DNA of 32,000 nt from Longivirga aurantiaca (GTDB lineage: Bacteria > Actinomycetota > Actinomycetes > S36-B12 > CAIYMF01): positions 1,869,876 through 1,901,875 of the forward strand of contig NZ_JBHSTI010000008.1 in assembly GCF_042660085.1 (NCBI RefSeq), in the 5' to 3' direction. The notes beneath the pieces were generated by a model. That model saw only the letters and a list, made by a program, of their open reading frames with translations, did not search any database and was not told the origin of the DNA. This document shows positions 8,392 through 16,732 of this stretch, piece by piece. Each line of letters begins with the position of its first letter. Position 1 is the stretch's first letter. Position numbers and translations under genes: made by a program.

Positions 8392-9153
8392 GTGCCGCTG
8401 ATCCCCGGAGCCGAGCCCCTCTCGCACGACGGCGGCCCCATCGGCGTGCTCGTGATCCACGGCTTCACCTCGTCGCCGAAGTCGATGCGCCCGTGGGCCG
8501 AGCACCTGGTCGAGGCAGGCTTCACGGTGGAGATGCCACGCCTCCCCGGCCACGGCACCACGTGGCAGGACATGTCCGTCACCCGCTGGGAGGACTGGTA
8601 CGCCGAGGTCGACCGCGTGCTCACCTCGCTCCTGTCGCGCTGCGAGCAGGTCTTCGTCATGGGCCTGTCGATGGGCGGGTCCCTCGCCCTGCGTCTCGCG
8701 GAGCGCCGGGGCGCCGACATCGCAGGCATCGTGCTCGTGAACCCCGCGGTGCACACCGAGCGCAAGGAAGCCGTGCTGCTGCCTGTCCTGCGTCACCTCG
8801 TGAAGGCGTTCCCCGGCATCCGCAACGACATCAAGAAGCCCGGGGTCGACGAGGGCGCCTACGAGAAGATGCCGCTGCAGTGCTTCTACTCCCTGCAGAG
8901 CGCCTGGAAGGACATCCGGGCCGACATCCGCTCGGTCACCGTGCCGGTCGTGCTCCTGCGCTCGCGCGAGGACCACGTCGTCGAGCCCAGCAACGCCGCG
9001 TGGATCCTCGCCAACGTCGCGAGCACGGACGTCACCGAGGTGGTCCTCGAGAACAGCTATCACGTGGCCACGATCGACCACGACGCCGAGCTGATCTTCA
9101 CGACGTCCGTGGACTTCGTGCACCGGGTCGCGGGCTCCGCCGCCCAGGCGTGA
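8392..9153 (+). CDS. Alpha/beta-fold hydrolase (Est30-type carboxylesterase / monoacylglycerol-lipase-like)
   Basis: 253-aa ORF with GTG start and GGAG 7 nt upstream. It has VLVIHGFTSSPKSMRP, PRLPGHGT, the nucleophile elbow GLSMGG, and a late His (NSYHVATIDHD). Confidence 0.8.
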   Translation: MPLIPGAEPLSHDGGPIGVLVIHGFTSSPKSMRPWAEHLVEAGFTVEMPRLPGHGTTWQDMSVTRWEDWYAEVDRVLTSLLSRCEQVFVMGLSMGGSLALRLAERRGADIAGIVLVNPAVHTERKEAVLLPVLRHLVKAFPGIRNDIKKPGVDEGAYEKMPLQCFYSLQSAWKDIRADIRSVTVPVVLLRSREDHVVEPSNAAWILANVASTDVTEVVLENSYHVATIDHDAELIFTTSVDFVHRVAGSAAQA

Positions 9154-9163
9154 CACTGGTCCC

Positions 9164-10000
9164 ATGACGCCGACCGGTCGCGACAACGGGCTGCCCCGCG
9201 CCGCCCGCTACGACGCGCTCGTCGACGTCGACCCGCCGGTCGCCGACCACGTGCTCGAGCTCCTGCGCGACGCCGGTGTCACGGCGCTCGCCGAGCCGGT
9301 GGTGGGCGACGTCGGGACGGCATCGCGCGCCACGACCCCTCCGAAGCGGCCGACCGAGCGCGTCCACGTCGACCACGATCACCTGCTGCTCGCGCAGTCC
9401 GTGGTCGCGCGCGCCCTGCCGGCCCTGCGTGCCGACTTCCACGCCGACGCGGCACGCCGCGAGGACGCCGAGGACGCCCGCGCCGCGGCCGACGCCGAGC
9501 GCGACCGGCAGCGAGCCGACGAGCTCGGCGCAGACGAGGTCGACTCGCTCTTCGCCGGGATCGTCGCCGGGTGGGGCACCGCCACCAGCGACCCGGTGCC
9601 GCGCTGGTCGGTGCTCGAGGACGCCCCGGACGACGAGAAGGCCGACGAGGCGGGCGACCCGGCCCCGCGGCCCCCGCTCTCCTCGCGTCTTGCGCGCCGC
9701 TCCCCCGAGCCCGCCGAGCCCGCTCCCGCCGTGGACCCCTACGACGACAACGAGGGCCACTTCGTGCCGCCGCCTCCTCCGCCGCTGCCCGAGGCGGACC
9801 GCGTCACCCGCCTGGCCTGGGCGGCGCTGATCGGCGGACCGACGCTGATGATCCTTGCGGCTCTGTTCGGCATCGGTCTCGAGAGCTGGGTCAGCCTGCT
9901 CGCGATCATGAGCTTCCTCGGCGGGTTCGCGACCCTCGTGGCGCGCATGCACGACCGGCCGCGCAACGACGACGGCTGGGACGACGGCGCGGTCCTGTAG
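9164..10000 (+). CDS. Hypothetical acidic, proline-rich protein with a C-terminal double-TM anchor
   Basis: 278-aa ORF with strong G/C third-position bias. It has a PPPPPPLP run followed by two hydrophobic helices (LAWAALIGGPTLMILAALFGIGL; WVSLLAIMSFLGGFATLVA). I recognise no family for it. Confidence 0.55.
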   Translation: MTPTGRDNGLPRAARYDALVDVDPPVADHVLELLRDAGVTALAEPVVGDVGTASRATTPPKRPTERVHVDHDHLLLAQSVVARALPALRADFHADAARREDAEDARAAADAERDRQRADELGADEVDSLFAGIVAGWGTATSDPVPRWSVLEDAPDDEKADEAGDPAPRPPLSSRLARRSPEPAEPAPAVDPYDDNEGHFVPPPPPPLPEADRVTRLAWAALIGGPTLMILAALFGIGLESWVSLLAIMSFLGGFATLVARMHDRPRNDDGWDDGAVL

Positions 10001-10038
10001 CGACGTCGATCGGCGATTCTCGCTACGCAGAGTGACTC

Positions 10039-10063
10039 CCCCGCACGCACGGTCGTGCCGGGG
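10039..10063 (+). terminator. Possible hairpin terminator after the 9164..10000 gene
   Basis: CCCC-GCACG (10039-10047) pairs with CGTGC-c-GGGG (10054-10063). That is 9 bp with one bulged C and a 6-nt loop, 39 nt after the stop. Confidence 0.3.
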
Positions 10064-10207
10064 CTGAAAAGATCGCCCGAATGGCTGCACCCTGCAACGT
10101 GAGCTGGTGACGCAGCGTCCCTACTATGGCGAAGTACGTCGTAGCGCACGCTGCGCGGCGTCCGCGCCACCCCGCCGCCCGGCGGGACCACGACCGAAGG
10201 GGGCCTC

Positions 10208-10750
10208 ATGAGGCGACTTGCTCCGACGCGCGCCCGACGTCGCTCCCTCGCGGGCGACGACTCCGGCGCAGCCGCCGTCGAGTTCGCGCTCGTCGTGCCC
10301 CTCCTGCTGCTCATCGTCTTCGGGATCATCAACTTCGGCGTGCTGTTCAGCCAGCAGGTCTCGATCAACAACGCCGTCCGCGAGGGCGCACGACGTGCTG
10401 TCGTCGGCGACCCGTCTGCGCCCCGCACCTGCGACGGCATCCTGGCGAGCGTGCGCAACGAGCTGTCGGGCCTCGCGCTCAACCCCGCCGACGTCCAGAT
10501 CAAGGTCACCCAGGACTGGGGCACGGGCAGCGACTCCAACGGGTGCGGCAGCGCGTTCGTGCTGGCCAGCTTCGGGGCCAACGCGGGGAAGGTGCCCTGC
10601 AAGGGCAGCTACGACGCGACGACCAACACGGCGCGATCGCTGATCGTGGAGGCCAAGCTCGTCTCGACGATCCCGGTCTCGTTCCCGCCGTTCCCGACGA
10701 CGATCACGCTCACCTCCAAGGCGGTGTACCGATGCGAGTTCTCGGTCTGA
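10208..10750 (+). CDS. tadE: TadE-family Flp-pilus minor pilin (pseudopilin)
   Basis: 180-aa ORF with GAAGGGGG upstream. Its N-terminus SGAAAVEFALVVPLLLLIVFGIINFG is the TadE-like motif, a prepilin-type G/A site followed by E at +5 and a hydrophobic helix. The mature part contains 4 Cys. Confidence 0.85.
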   Translation: MRRLAPTRARRRSLAGDDSGAAAVEFALVVPLLLLIVFGIINFGVLFSQQVSINNAVREGARRAVVGDPSAPRTCDGILASVRNELSGLALNPADVQIKVTQDWGTGSDSNGCGSAFVLASFGANAGKVPCKGSYDATTNTARSLIVEAKLVSTIPVSFPPFPTTITLTSKAVYRCEFSV

Positions 10751-12120
10751 CCCGGGCGACGGGCGAACGGGACGGCGACAGCGGAGCCGTCGCAGTCCTG
10801 GTCGCGATCCTCGCGACGGTGTTCCTCGTGATGGCGGCGTTCGCCGTCGACATCGCCAACGCCTATGCCAACGCACGGCAGCTCTCCGTCGCGGTCGACT
10901 CGGCCGCACTCTCCGCCGCGGCCAAGGTCGGCGGCGCCTTCCCCACCGGAACGCCGTGCACCCCGGCAGCTCTCACCGCGATCAACGCGACCCAGATCGC
11001 GCGCACCGAGGCCACGCGCATCAACGGTGACAACACCAAGGTGGGTGCCGACGAGGCCGTCGACACGGTCACCGTCTCCTGCGTCGGCACCACGGCCATC
11101 GACGTCACGATCACCAACAGCCGTACCGTCAAGACCGCGATCGCGGGCGTGATCGGCATCGGCTCGATGTCGCCCAACTCCTACGCCACGGCGCGCTTCC
11201 AGCGCATGCCCACCGGGGGCGGCCTTCGACCCTGGGCCATCTGCAACAACGTCGTGCAGGCCTCGTCGCAGAGCCTGAACACCACGTACTGGACCGGGCT
11301 GGACAACCAGGAGGTCGGCGTCTGCGGGACGACCGCACCGGGCAACTGGGGCGGCGTCGACTTCAACGGCGGCAACAACGCAGCCGGCGACCTCGCCGAC
11401 TGGACCCTCAACGGCTACCCCGGCGTCGTCAACATCCCCGACCCGGTCCTGCCCGCCGACCCCGGCGTGAGCAACTCCAACGCGCTCGGCAACGCGTTCA
11501 CCAGCCTCATCGGCCAGGTGGTCCTGCTCCCCAGCGTCAGCGGCTTCAACACCGGCGGCGGCAACAACGCCAGCTTCAACGCGGTGGGCGTCGCCTCGGT
11601 CAAGATCTGCGGGATCCTGTACGCCAACACCACGTACAACACCGACACGACCACGGGCGCCACCAGCACGTGCTGGGTCAATCCCGCCGGAACCACCCAG
11701 ACCGTGCCGTTCGCGGCCACCGTCATCGGGTCGATGGCCAACAACGCCAACGTCATCACGAGCGCCACGGCGGTCTACGACGCGGCCTGGGTGGGGCTCT
11801 CGGTGTCCGTCCCCGGCGCAGGCAACGGCGGCAACGCCCTGACGGGCACGATCGTCTCGGTCGGCGCCGACCTGAAGTCGCTCACCCTGCGGAACGGTGA
11901 CAAGGCCAAGGCTGCGGTCAACAACGTGTCGGTGGCGGTGAGCGGCAACCTCACGACCACCACGCCGGGCTTCGTGCCGCTCGGCAACGGCAACCAGCCG
12001 ATCGACCACATCCAGTTCCAGTACGTGAACTACGTCAGCAGCTACAGCACGGGCACCACGGCCGCGCCCTGCACGCTCACGCGCGCGGACTGCGTCGGCA
12101 CCGTCCAGCTCTGGCGCTGA
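10732..12120 (+). CDS. TadG-like large pseudopilin / putative tip protein (Tad_N-type N-terminus, no vWA domain)
   Basis: Part of track ORF 10126..12120. The real start is ATG 10732 (MRVLGLTRATGERDGDSGAVAVLVAILATVFLVMAAFAVDIANAYANARQL), which is the TadG/TadE-G-like N-terminal motif. It overlaps tadE by 19 nt. The remaining ~400 aa are Asn/Gly/Thr/Val-rich, contain 8 Cys, and show no DxSxS MIDAS motif. Confidence 0.75.
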   Translation: MRVLGLTRATGERDGDSGAVAVLVAILATVFLVMAAFAVDIANAYANARQLSVAVDSAALSAAAKVGGAFPTGTPCTPAALTAINATQIARTEATRINGDNTKVGADEAVDTVTVSCVGTTAIDVTITNSRTVKTAIAGVIGIGSMSPNSYATARFQRMPTGGGLRPWAICNNVVQASSQSLNTTYWTGLDNQEVGVCGTTAPGNWGGVDFNGGNNAAGDLADWTLNGYPGVVNIPDPVLPADPGVSNSNALGNAFTSLIGQVVLLPSVSGFNTGGGNNASFNAVGVASVKICGILYANTTYNTDTTTGATSTCWVNPAGTTQTVPFAATVIGSMANNANVITSATAVYDAAWVGLSVSVPGAGNGGNALTGTIVSVGADLKSLTLRNGDKAKAAVNNVSVAVSGNLTTTTPGFVPLGNGNQPIDHIQFQYVNYVSSYSTGTTAAPCTLTRADCVGTVQLWR

Positions 12121-12146
12121 CCCGTACGACCCGAGCGGTGACGCCG

Positions 12147-12174
12147 CCCTCGACGACGGACTAGTCGTCGAGGG
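12147..12174. terminator. Perfect 11-bp hairpin between the convergent tadG-like and glucokinase genes
   Basis: CCCTCGACGAC (12147-12157) pairs with GTCGTCGAGGG (12164-12174) around a 6-nt loop (ggacta). The right arm and loop include the glucokinase stop codon (12161-12163). Confidence 0.6.
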
Positions 12175-13130
12175 TGCGGGCGAGGTCGGCGGCGCCGACC
12201 ACGCCGGCGTCGTTCCCGAGTTGCGCCATGACCACCGACGCCAGCGGGCGGTGCTTGCGTGCGACGAGGCTCGACTCGAACGCGGCCCGGGTGGGCAGCA
12301 GCAGCAGGTCGCCGGCCTCGGACACGCCGCCGCCGATCACGAACATGGCCGGGTCGAGCAGGGCCGCGACGTCGGCGAGCCCGGTACCGAGCCACCGGCC
12401 GATGTGGTCGAAGGCCTCGAGGGCCACCGGGTCGCCCTGCCGGGCGGCCGATGTCACGTGCTTGCCCTTCACGCCCTCCGGCGTCCCGTCCCCGAGCGAG
12501 AGGAGCAGGGACGCCCGGTCGCGCTGGTCGGCCGCGAGCTCGCGCGCCTCGCGCAGCAGGGCGTTGCCGCTCGCGTACTGCTCCCAGCAGCCCCGCTTGC
12601 CGCAGCCGCACAGGCGTCCGTCGGGCACGCGGCCGAGGTGGCCGAACTCCGCGGCCATGCCGTACGCCCCCCCGGACGAGGTGGTTGCGCAGGACGATGC
12701 CGCCGCCGATGCCCGTGCCGACCGTGACCATGACGAGCGAGTGCTCCGCGCGGCCCGCCCCGAAGCGGAACTCCCCCCAGGCCGCTGCGTTGGCATCGTT
12801 CTCCACCACCACGGGGAGGCCGCAGCCTGCGCTCACCTGTGCCGCGAGCGGCTCCTCGGCCCAGCTGAGGTTCGGGGCGAAGCGCACGATCTGACGCGTC
12901 TCGTCCACGAGCCCGGCCGCGCCGAGACCGACCGACTCCACGGCACCGAGCCCGCTCGTCGTGGCCAGCGCCGCGAGCTCGACGGCCACCTCGACGATCG
13001 CCTCCGCGATGGCCGACGTCGACCGCGCGGGAGTGTCGCGGCGCGCCCGGTGCAGGATCGTGCCGGCCTCGTCGACCAGGCCGCCGGCGATCTTGGTACC
13101 GCCGATGTCGACCCCGATGGTCAGGGACAT
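12161..13130 (-). pseudogene. glk: ROK-family glucokinase interrupted by a +1 frameshift in a homopolymer (or a sequencing error)
   Basis: The N-terminal 155 aa come from ORF 12042..13130 (MSLTIGVDIGGTKIAGGLVD ... VENDANAAAWGE ... VGTGIGGGIVLRNHLVRG). The C-terminal 167 aa come from ORF 12161..12796 in another frame (AYGMAAEFGHLGRVPDGRLCGCGKRGCWEQYASG ... VIGGGVSEAG). The switch is at C7 on the plus strand (G7 coding strand), 12667-12673. Deleting one G restores LVRGAYGMAAEFGH and a 322-aa protein, since 970 nt equals 3n+1. Confidence 0.85.
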
Positions 13131-13133
13131 GGC

Positions 13134-13574
13134 TCATTCCTCCCGAGCGGTCTGCGGGCGTGCTGGCGCTGCTGTGCCGGGCTCGTCGAGAGGGACTCGG
13201 CGGACCCTGCGGGACGTCGGCGCACCGTGCCCGGCGCCGTCGTCCCCGGCGTCATCGTGCCGTGCGTCCTCGTGCGGCTCCTCGCCGGGCCCGGCGTCGG
13301 ACGCGTCCGTCGCCGTCGCCGCGGCCGGGGCCCTTCCTGCGGCGGCCTCGGACACGACGTGCTCGAAGGCCGCGACCGCTCCGTCCACCCACCGCGCCAC
13401 GGTGTCGGGGTCGCCCTCGCGCAGCCGGGCGATGCCACGGCACACCGGGCAGGAGCAGGTGCGCCCGTCGTCGTCCACGGGGGCGAGGTGCGGCGCCGCG
13501 GTGCGGAGCCACTCCTGGGCCGCCGCCACCAGCCGGGCGGCCTCGGCCCCGGCGCGAGGGGCGTCGTCGCTCAT
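13134..13574 (-). CDS. Small acidic protein with a CxCxxC motif (resembles what I recall as DUF5304; unverified)
   Basis: C-terminal 146 aa of track ORF 13134..15197, with start ATG 13574 (MSDDAPRAGAEAARLVAAAQEWL...GRTCSCPVCRGIARL). The start overlaps the ArsA-like stop by 4 nt (ATGA, 13571-13574). Its stop overlaps the GGGAGGAA RBS of glk. Confidence 0.55.
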   Translation of the reverse strand: MSDDAPRAGAEAARLVAAAQEWLRTAAPHLAPVDDDGRTCSCPVCRGIARLREGDPDTVARWVDGAVAAFEHVVSEAAAGRAPAAATATDASDAGPGEEPHEDARHDDAGDDGAGHGAPTSRRVRRVPLDEPGTAAPARPQTAREE

Positions 13575-14794
13575 GCGGTGCCTCCGAGGGTCGACGACCA
13601 CTGGTCGGCATCGGGCCGGAACCGCACCCGCAGCACGCTGCCCTGGTCGGTGAGGTCGAGCGAGGCGCCGTCGAGCTCGCAGCGCTGCAGCAGCGGCGGA
13701 AGCGTCACCACCCGCCGGTGCGGGCCGAGGTCGACGACGAGGTCCCCCTCCTCGGTGACGGACAGGTCGACGTCGTCGATGCGGGCACCGGGCATCGGGA
13801 GGTCGAAGCGCCAGAGGTCGTCGTCGCTCACCAGGCCCGCGACGGCTCGGACCGCGCCGAGGTCGAGCGGGTCGGAGCCGGAGAGCACGACGTCGGCGAC
13901 GGCCAGCAGCGCCTCGACCCCGACCGGCTCGGCCTCGGTGTACGGCGCGTGCCGCACCGGCAGCGCCGCGAACCGGTCGCGGGCCGCGAGCAGGGCGTCG
14001 CGGTGACGCTCGACGAGCGCCGGGGGCCAGGCCGGGCCCGAGGCGACGCGGTTGACCACGACGCTCTCGACGTGGTGGCCGAGGAGCGCGAGGGTGGTGC
14101 GCGCCCGGGCGGTCTCGGCGAGGACGACCTTCTCGGGCGTCGTCACGAGGCGCACCGCGGCCTCGGGACCGGTGAGGAGCTCGCGCACGGCCATGAGCCT
14201 CGCGGCGAGGTCGTCGAGGGCGTCGAGGGCCGCGGCCGTCTCGGGCGCGAAGCCCTGACCGGTCAGCAGGCGCACGATGCGGTTCTCGACCGGGAGCCCG
14301 CGGCGCACCAGCCGGTCGAGCGCCTCGGGCAGCGCGAGGAGCCGCAGGGTCTCGGCGGTCGGTGCGCAGTCGACCACGACGGCGTCGTACGACGGGGCGT
14401 GCGCAGCGACGTCGAGCAGGGCGAGCACGTCCTCGATGCCCGGGACGGTCGCGATCTCCTCCGCGACCAGCGGGTCGACGCCGGCGCCGGCCAGCAGGCC
14501 GCCGACGACGCGGCGCACCGCGGTCCACGACTCGTCGACCCGGGCGCGCGCGTCGATCTGCAGGACGTCCAGCTGGCCGGGGGCTCCCGGCACCGGCGCC
14601 GGCACGCCGGCCGCACGCCAGTCGCGCACCTGCGCCGGGCCGGCCACGAGACCGAGGGCATCGGCGAGGGAGTGCGCGGGATCGGTGCTCACCACCAGGG
14701 TGCGGCGCCCGGCACGGGCTGCCGCGAGCGCCGTCGCGGCGGCGACGGTCGTCTTGCCGACACCGCCCTTGCCTGCGACCAGGAGTACGCGCAC
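13571..14794 (-). CDS. ArsA/Get3-family ATPase with a C-terminal Hsp20/alpha-crystallin-like beta domain
   Basis: 407-aa ORF with a GTG start. It has a deviant Walker A (VAGKGGVGKTTVAAA), STDPAHSL, and VVDCAPTAETLRLLALPE (the DxAPTGHTLRLL-like switch). The last ~90 aa (WRFDLPMPGARIDDVDLSVTEEGDLVVDLGPHRRVVTLP...) look like the ArsA_HSP20 domain. Confidence 0.85.
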   Translation of the reverse strand: MRVLLVAGKGGVGKTTVAAATALAAARAGRRTLVVSTDPAHSLADALGLVAGPAQVRDWRAAGVPAPVPGAPGQLDVLQIDARARVDESWTAVRRVVGGLLAGAGVDPLVAEEIATVPGIEDVLALLDVAAHAPSYDAVVVDCAPTAETLRLLALPEALDRLVRRGLPVENRIVRLLTGQGFAPETAAALDALDDLAARLMAVRELLTGPEAAVRLVTTPEKVVLAETARARTTLALLGHHVESVVVNRVASGPAWPPALVERHRDALLAARDRFAALPVRHAPYTEAEPVGVEALLAVADVVLSGSDPLDLGAVRAVAGLVSDDDLWRFDLPMPGARIDDVDLSVTEEGDLVVDLGPHRRVVTLPPLLQRCELDGASLDLTDQGSVLRVRFRPDADQWSSTLGGTA

Positions 14795-14842
14795 GGCACG
14801 AACCTACCCGGTCCGGCGCGGGTCCCTCGCGGGACCGCCGCG

Positions 14843-15286
14843 TCAGCCCGAGCCCTCGACCCGCTCCTTGAGGCCGCGCAGCGCGGTGTCGACGATGACC
14901 TTCTCGGCCTTGCGCTTGATCATCCCGATCATCGGGATGCTCACGTCGACCGAGAGCTTGTAGACGACGGTGGTGGTGCCGTCGCCGTTGCCGGTCAGCT
15001 CGTAGACGCCGTCGAGGGCCTTGAGCATCTGCCCGGTGGTGAGCGCCCAGGCGACTGACGAGTCGTCGTCGGCCCAGTCGTACTCCAGCTCGTAGGTGTC
15101 CTTGATCGCTCCCGCGTCCACCACGAAGCGCGCGTCGGCGGGACGTCCGTCCTCGTACTCGGTGAGCACGGTCACGGACTTCACGCCGTCGCTCCACTCG
15201 GGGTACTTCCTGAGGTCCGCGATCACGGCCATGACGGCGGCGGGGGCGGCGGCGATGACGATGCTCGACTCGGTGCGGTCAGCCAT
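14843..15286 (-). CDS. SRPBCC (START/polyketide-cyclase-like) family protein
   Basis: 147-aa ORF. It has IAAAPAAVMAVIADLRKYPEWSDGVKSVTV...YELEYDW and a C-terminal amphipathic helix, which is a typical SRPBCC pattern. Its position next to the ArsA-like gene mirrors M. tuberculosis TB16.3 (Rv2185c) as I recall it. Confidence 0.75.
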   Translation of the reverse strand: MADRTESSIVIAAAPAAVMAVIADLRKYPEWSDGVKSVTVLTEYEDGRPADARFVVDAGAIKDTYELEYDWADDDSSVAWALTTGQMLKALDGVYELTGNGDGTTTVVYKLSVDVSIPMIGMIKRKAEKVIVDTALRGLKERVEGSG

Positions 15287-15337
15287 GGCGCGGACCTTAC
15301 CCCGCGCGGCGCGCCACGGAGCAGGGACGCGCGAAGG

Positions 15338-16117
15338 TCACCAGCTGAGCGCGAACGGGGTGCGTCCGGCCCGGAAGTGCCCGACGTTGACGCACTCGGT
15401 CCTGCCGATCCGCGCGCGGCGCGCGAGCGGCTGGTGGACGTGCCCGAACAGGACCGCGCGGGGCTGGGTGCGCCGCACGTGCTCGAGGATCGCCCGGCTC
15501 CCCACCTCGAACCGCCGCGCGACCACGTCGTAGCAGAGCTCGGGGAGCGCCGGCGGGATGTGCGCGCAGAGCACGTCGACCTCGCCGAGCGCCTCGACCT
15601 TGGCGGCGAACGAATCCTCGTCGAGCTCGTACGGCGTGCGCATGGGACTCAGCAGCCCGCCGCCGACGAAGCCGAACCGCAGCCCGCCGATGTCGGCCAC
15701 CTCGCCGTCGAGCACGGTGTGCCCAGGACGGAGGTGCCGGGCCCAGAGCGCCGGGAGGTCGACGTTGCCGTACGTGAGGTACGCCGGCGTCGGCATCGCG
15801 GCGAACATCTCGGCGTACTGCGCGTCGACGAGCTCCTGCACCAGCGTGTGCCGCTCGCGACCCTCGGCCGCGATCACCTGGTCCCACCAGCCGGAGGCGA
15901 GCGAGCGGGCGTCCTCGAACCGGCCCGCGGTCCGGAGCTCGACGAAGGTGCGCGTGCGCTCGGCGCCGAAGAGGGTCGGGAAGATCCCCTGGTGGAAGTC
16001 CTCGTAGTCGAGGAAGAGCACGAGGTCGCCGAGGCAGATCAGGGCGTCGGCGCCGTCGCCGGAACGGGCGAGGGCATCGGTCCGCGCGTGGACGTCGCTC
16101 ACCACGTGGACCCGCAC
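15338..16117 (-). CDS. Metallophosphoesterase family protein
   Basis: 259-aa ORF with a GTG start. It carries the calcineurin-like motifs VVSDVHA, CLGDLV, YGNVD, CAHIPP and FGHVH. Confidence 0.8.
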   Translation of the reverse strand: MRVHVVSDVHARTDALARSGDGADALICLGDLVLFLDYEDFHQGIFPTLFGAERTRTFVELRTAGRFEDARSLASGWWDQVIAAEGRERHTLVQELVDAQYAEMFAAMPTPAYLTYGNVDLPALWARHLRPGHTVLDGEVADIGGLRFGFVGGGLLSPMRTPYELDEDSFAAKVEALGEVDVLCAHIPPALPELCYDVVARRFEVGSRAILEHVRRTQPRAVLFGHVHQPLARRARIGRTECVNVGHFRAGRTPFALSW

Positions 16118-16160
16118 AGGGACGACCCTACGAGCACGCGGACGAGGGCGCCCGACGGCC

Positions 16161-16676
16161 TCAGCGGCTGAGCAGGGCTCCGAGGACCGCGAAGACCGAC
16201 AGCATCAGCAGCAGCGTGAGCGTGCCGCCCACGAGCGCCACGGTCCACCGGCCGCCCGGGACGTCGTCGGGGTCGAACATCCGCTGGCGGCGCTCGGTGA
16301 CGGCGAGCCGCGCCAGCATCTGGTCCGCGAGCTCGTCCACCTGCTCCGGACGGACCTCGCCGGTCGGGATGTCGAGGCCCTCGAGGTCCGCGGAACGATC
16401 GATCGTGTCCACCCGGGCGCCGGCCTGGCGACGGCCGACGGGCGCCGGCTGCTTCGCGTGCCTGCCCGCCTCGCGACGGCCGACGGGCTCGTCGCCCTCC
16501 GTGCCGCCGGAGCGGGTGGCACCGGTCAGGTCGGGGAGGACGTCGTCGACCGGATGCGCCGCAGCGCGCGGCTCACGGCGCGCGCGCAGGTCGGCGTGGC
16601 ACAGCGAGCACCACGCCGCGCCCGTGGGGACGGCGGCTGCGCACGAGGGGCAGCGTGACTGGATCGGCACGATCAC
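16161..16676 (-). CDS. Zinc-ribbon protein with a C-terminal TM anchor (hypothetical)
   Basis: C-terminal 171 aa of track ORF 16161..17165. The start is a candidate GTG at 16676 (alternative 16670). It has a CPSC-x11-CSLC zinc ribbon, a charged linker, and a terminal helix (WTVALVGGTLTLLLMLSVFAVLGALL). The start codon is uncertain. Confidence 0.5.
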   Translation of the reverse strand: MIVPIQSRCPSCAAAVPTGAAWCSLCHADLRARREPRAAAHPVDDVLPDLTGATRSGGTEGDEPVGRREAGRHAKQPAPVGRRQAGARVDTIDRSADLEGLDIPTGEVRPEQVDELADQMLARLAVTERRQRMFDPDDVPGGRWTVALVGGTLTLLLMLSVFAVLGALLSR

Positions 16677-16732
16677 GTCATCGGCAGCGCAGCGGGTCGG
16701 CTTGACCTCCCGTCCGCGGCTTCTGCGCTCCG

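Noticed and set aside
10047-10058. The 12-mer GCACGGTCGTGC occurs twice (10047-10058 and 27959-27970), both in gaps flanking Tad units. This could hint at a repeat element or insertion scar.
   Set aside because: A single shared 12-mer within 32 kb of compositionally biased DNA is expected by chance. Both copies are simply the cores of small GC hairpins, and the flanking sequence is not similar.
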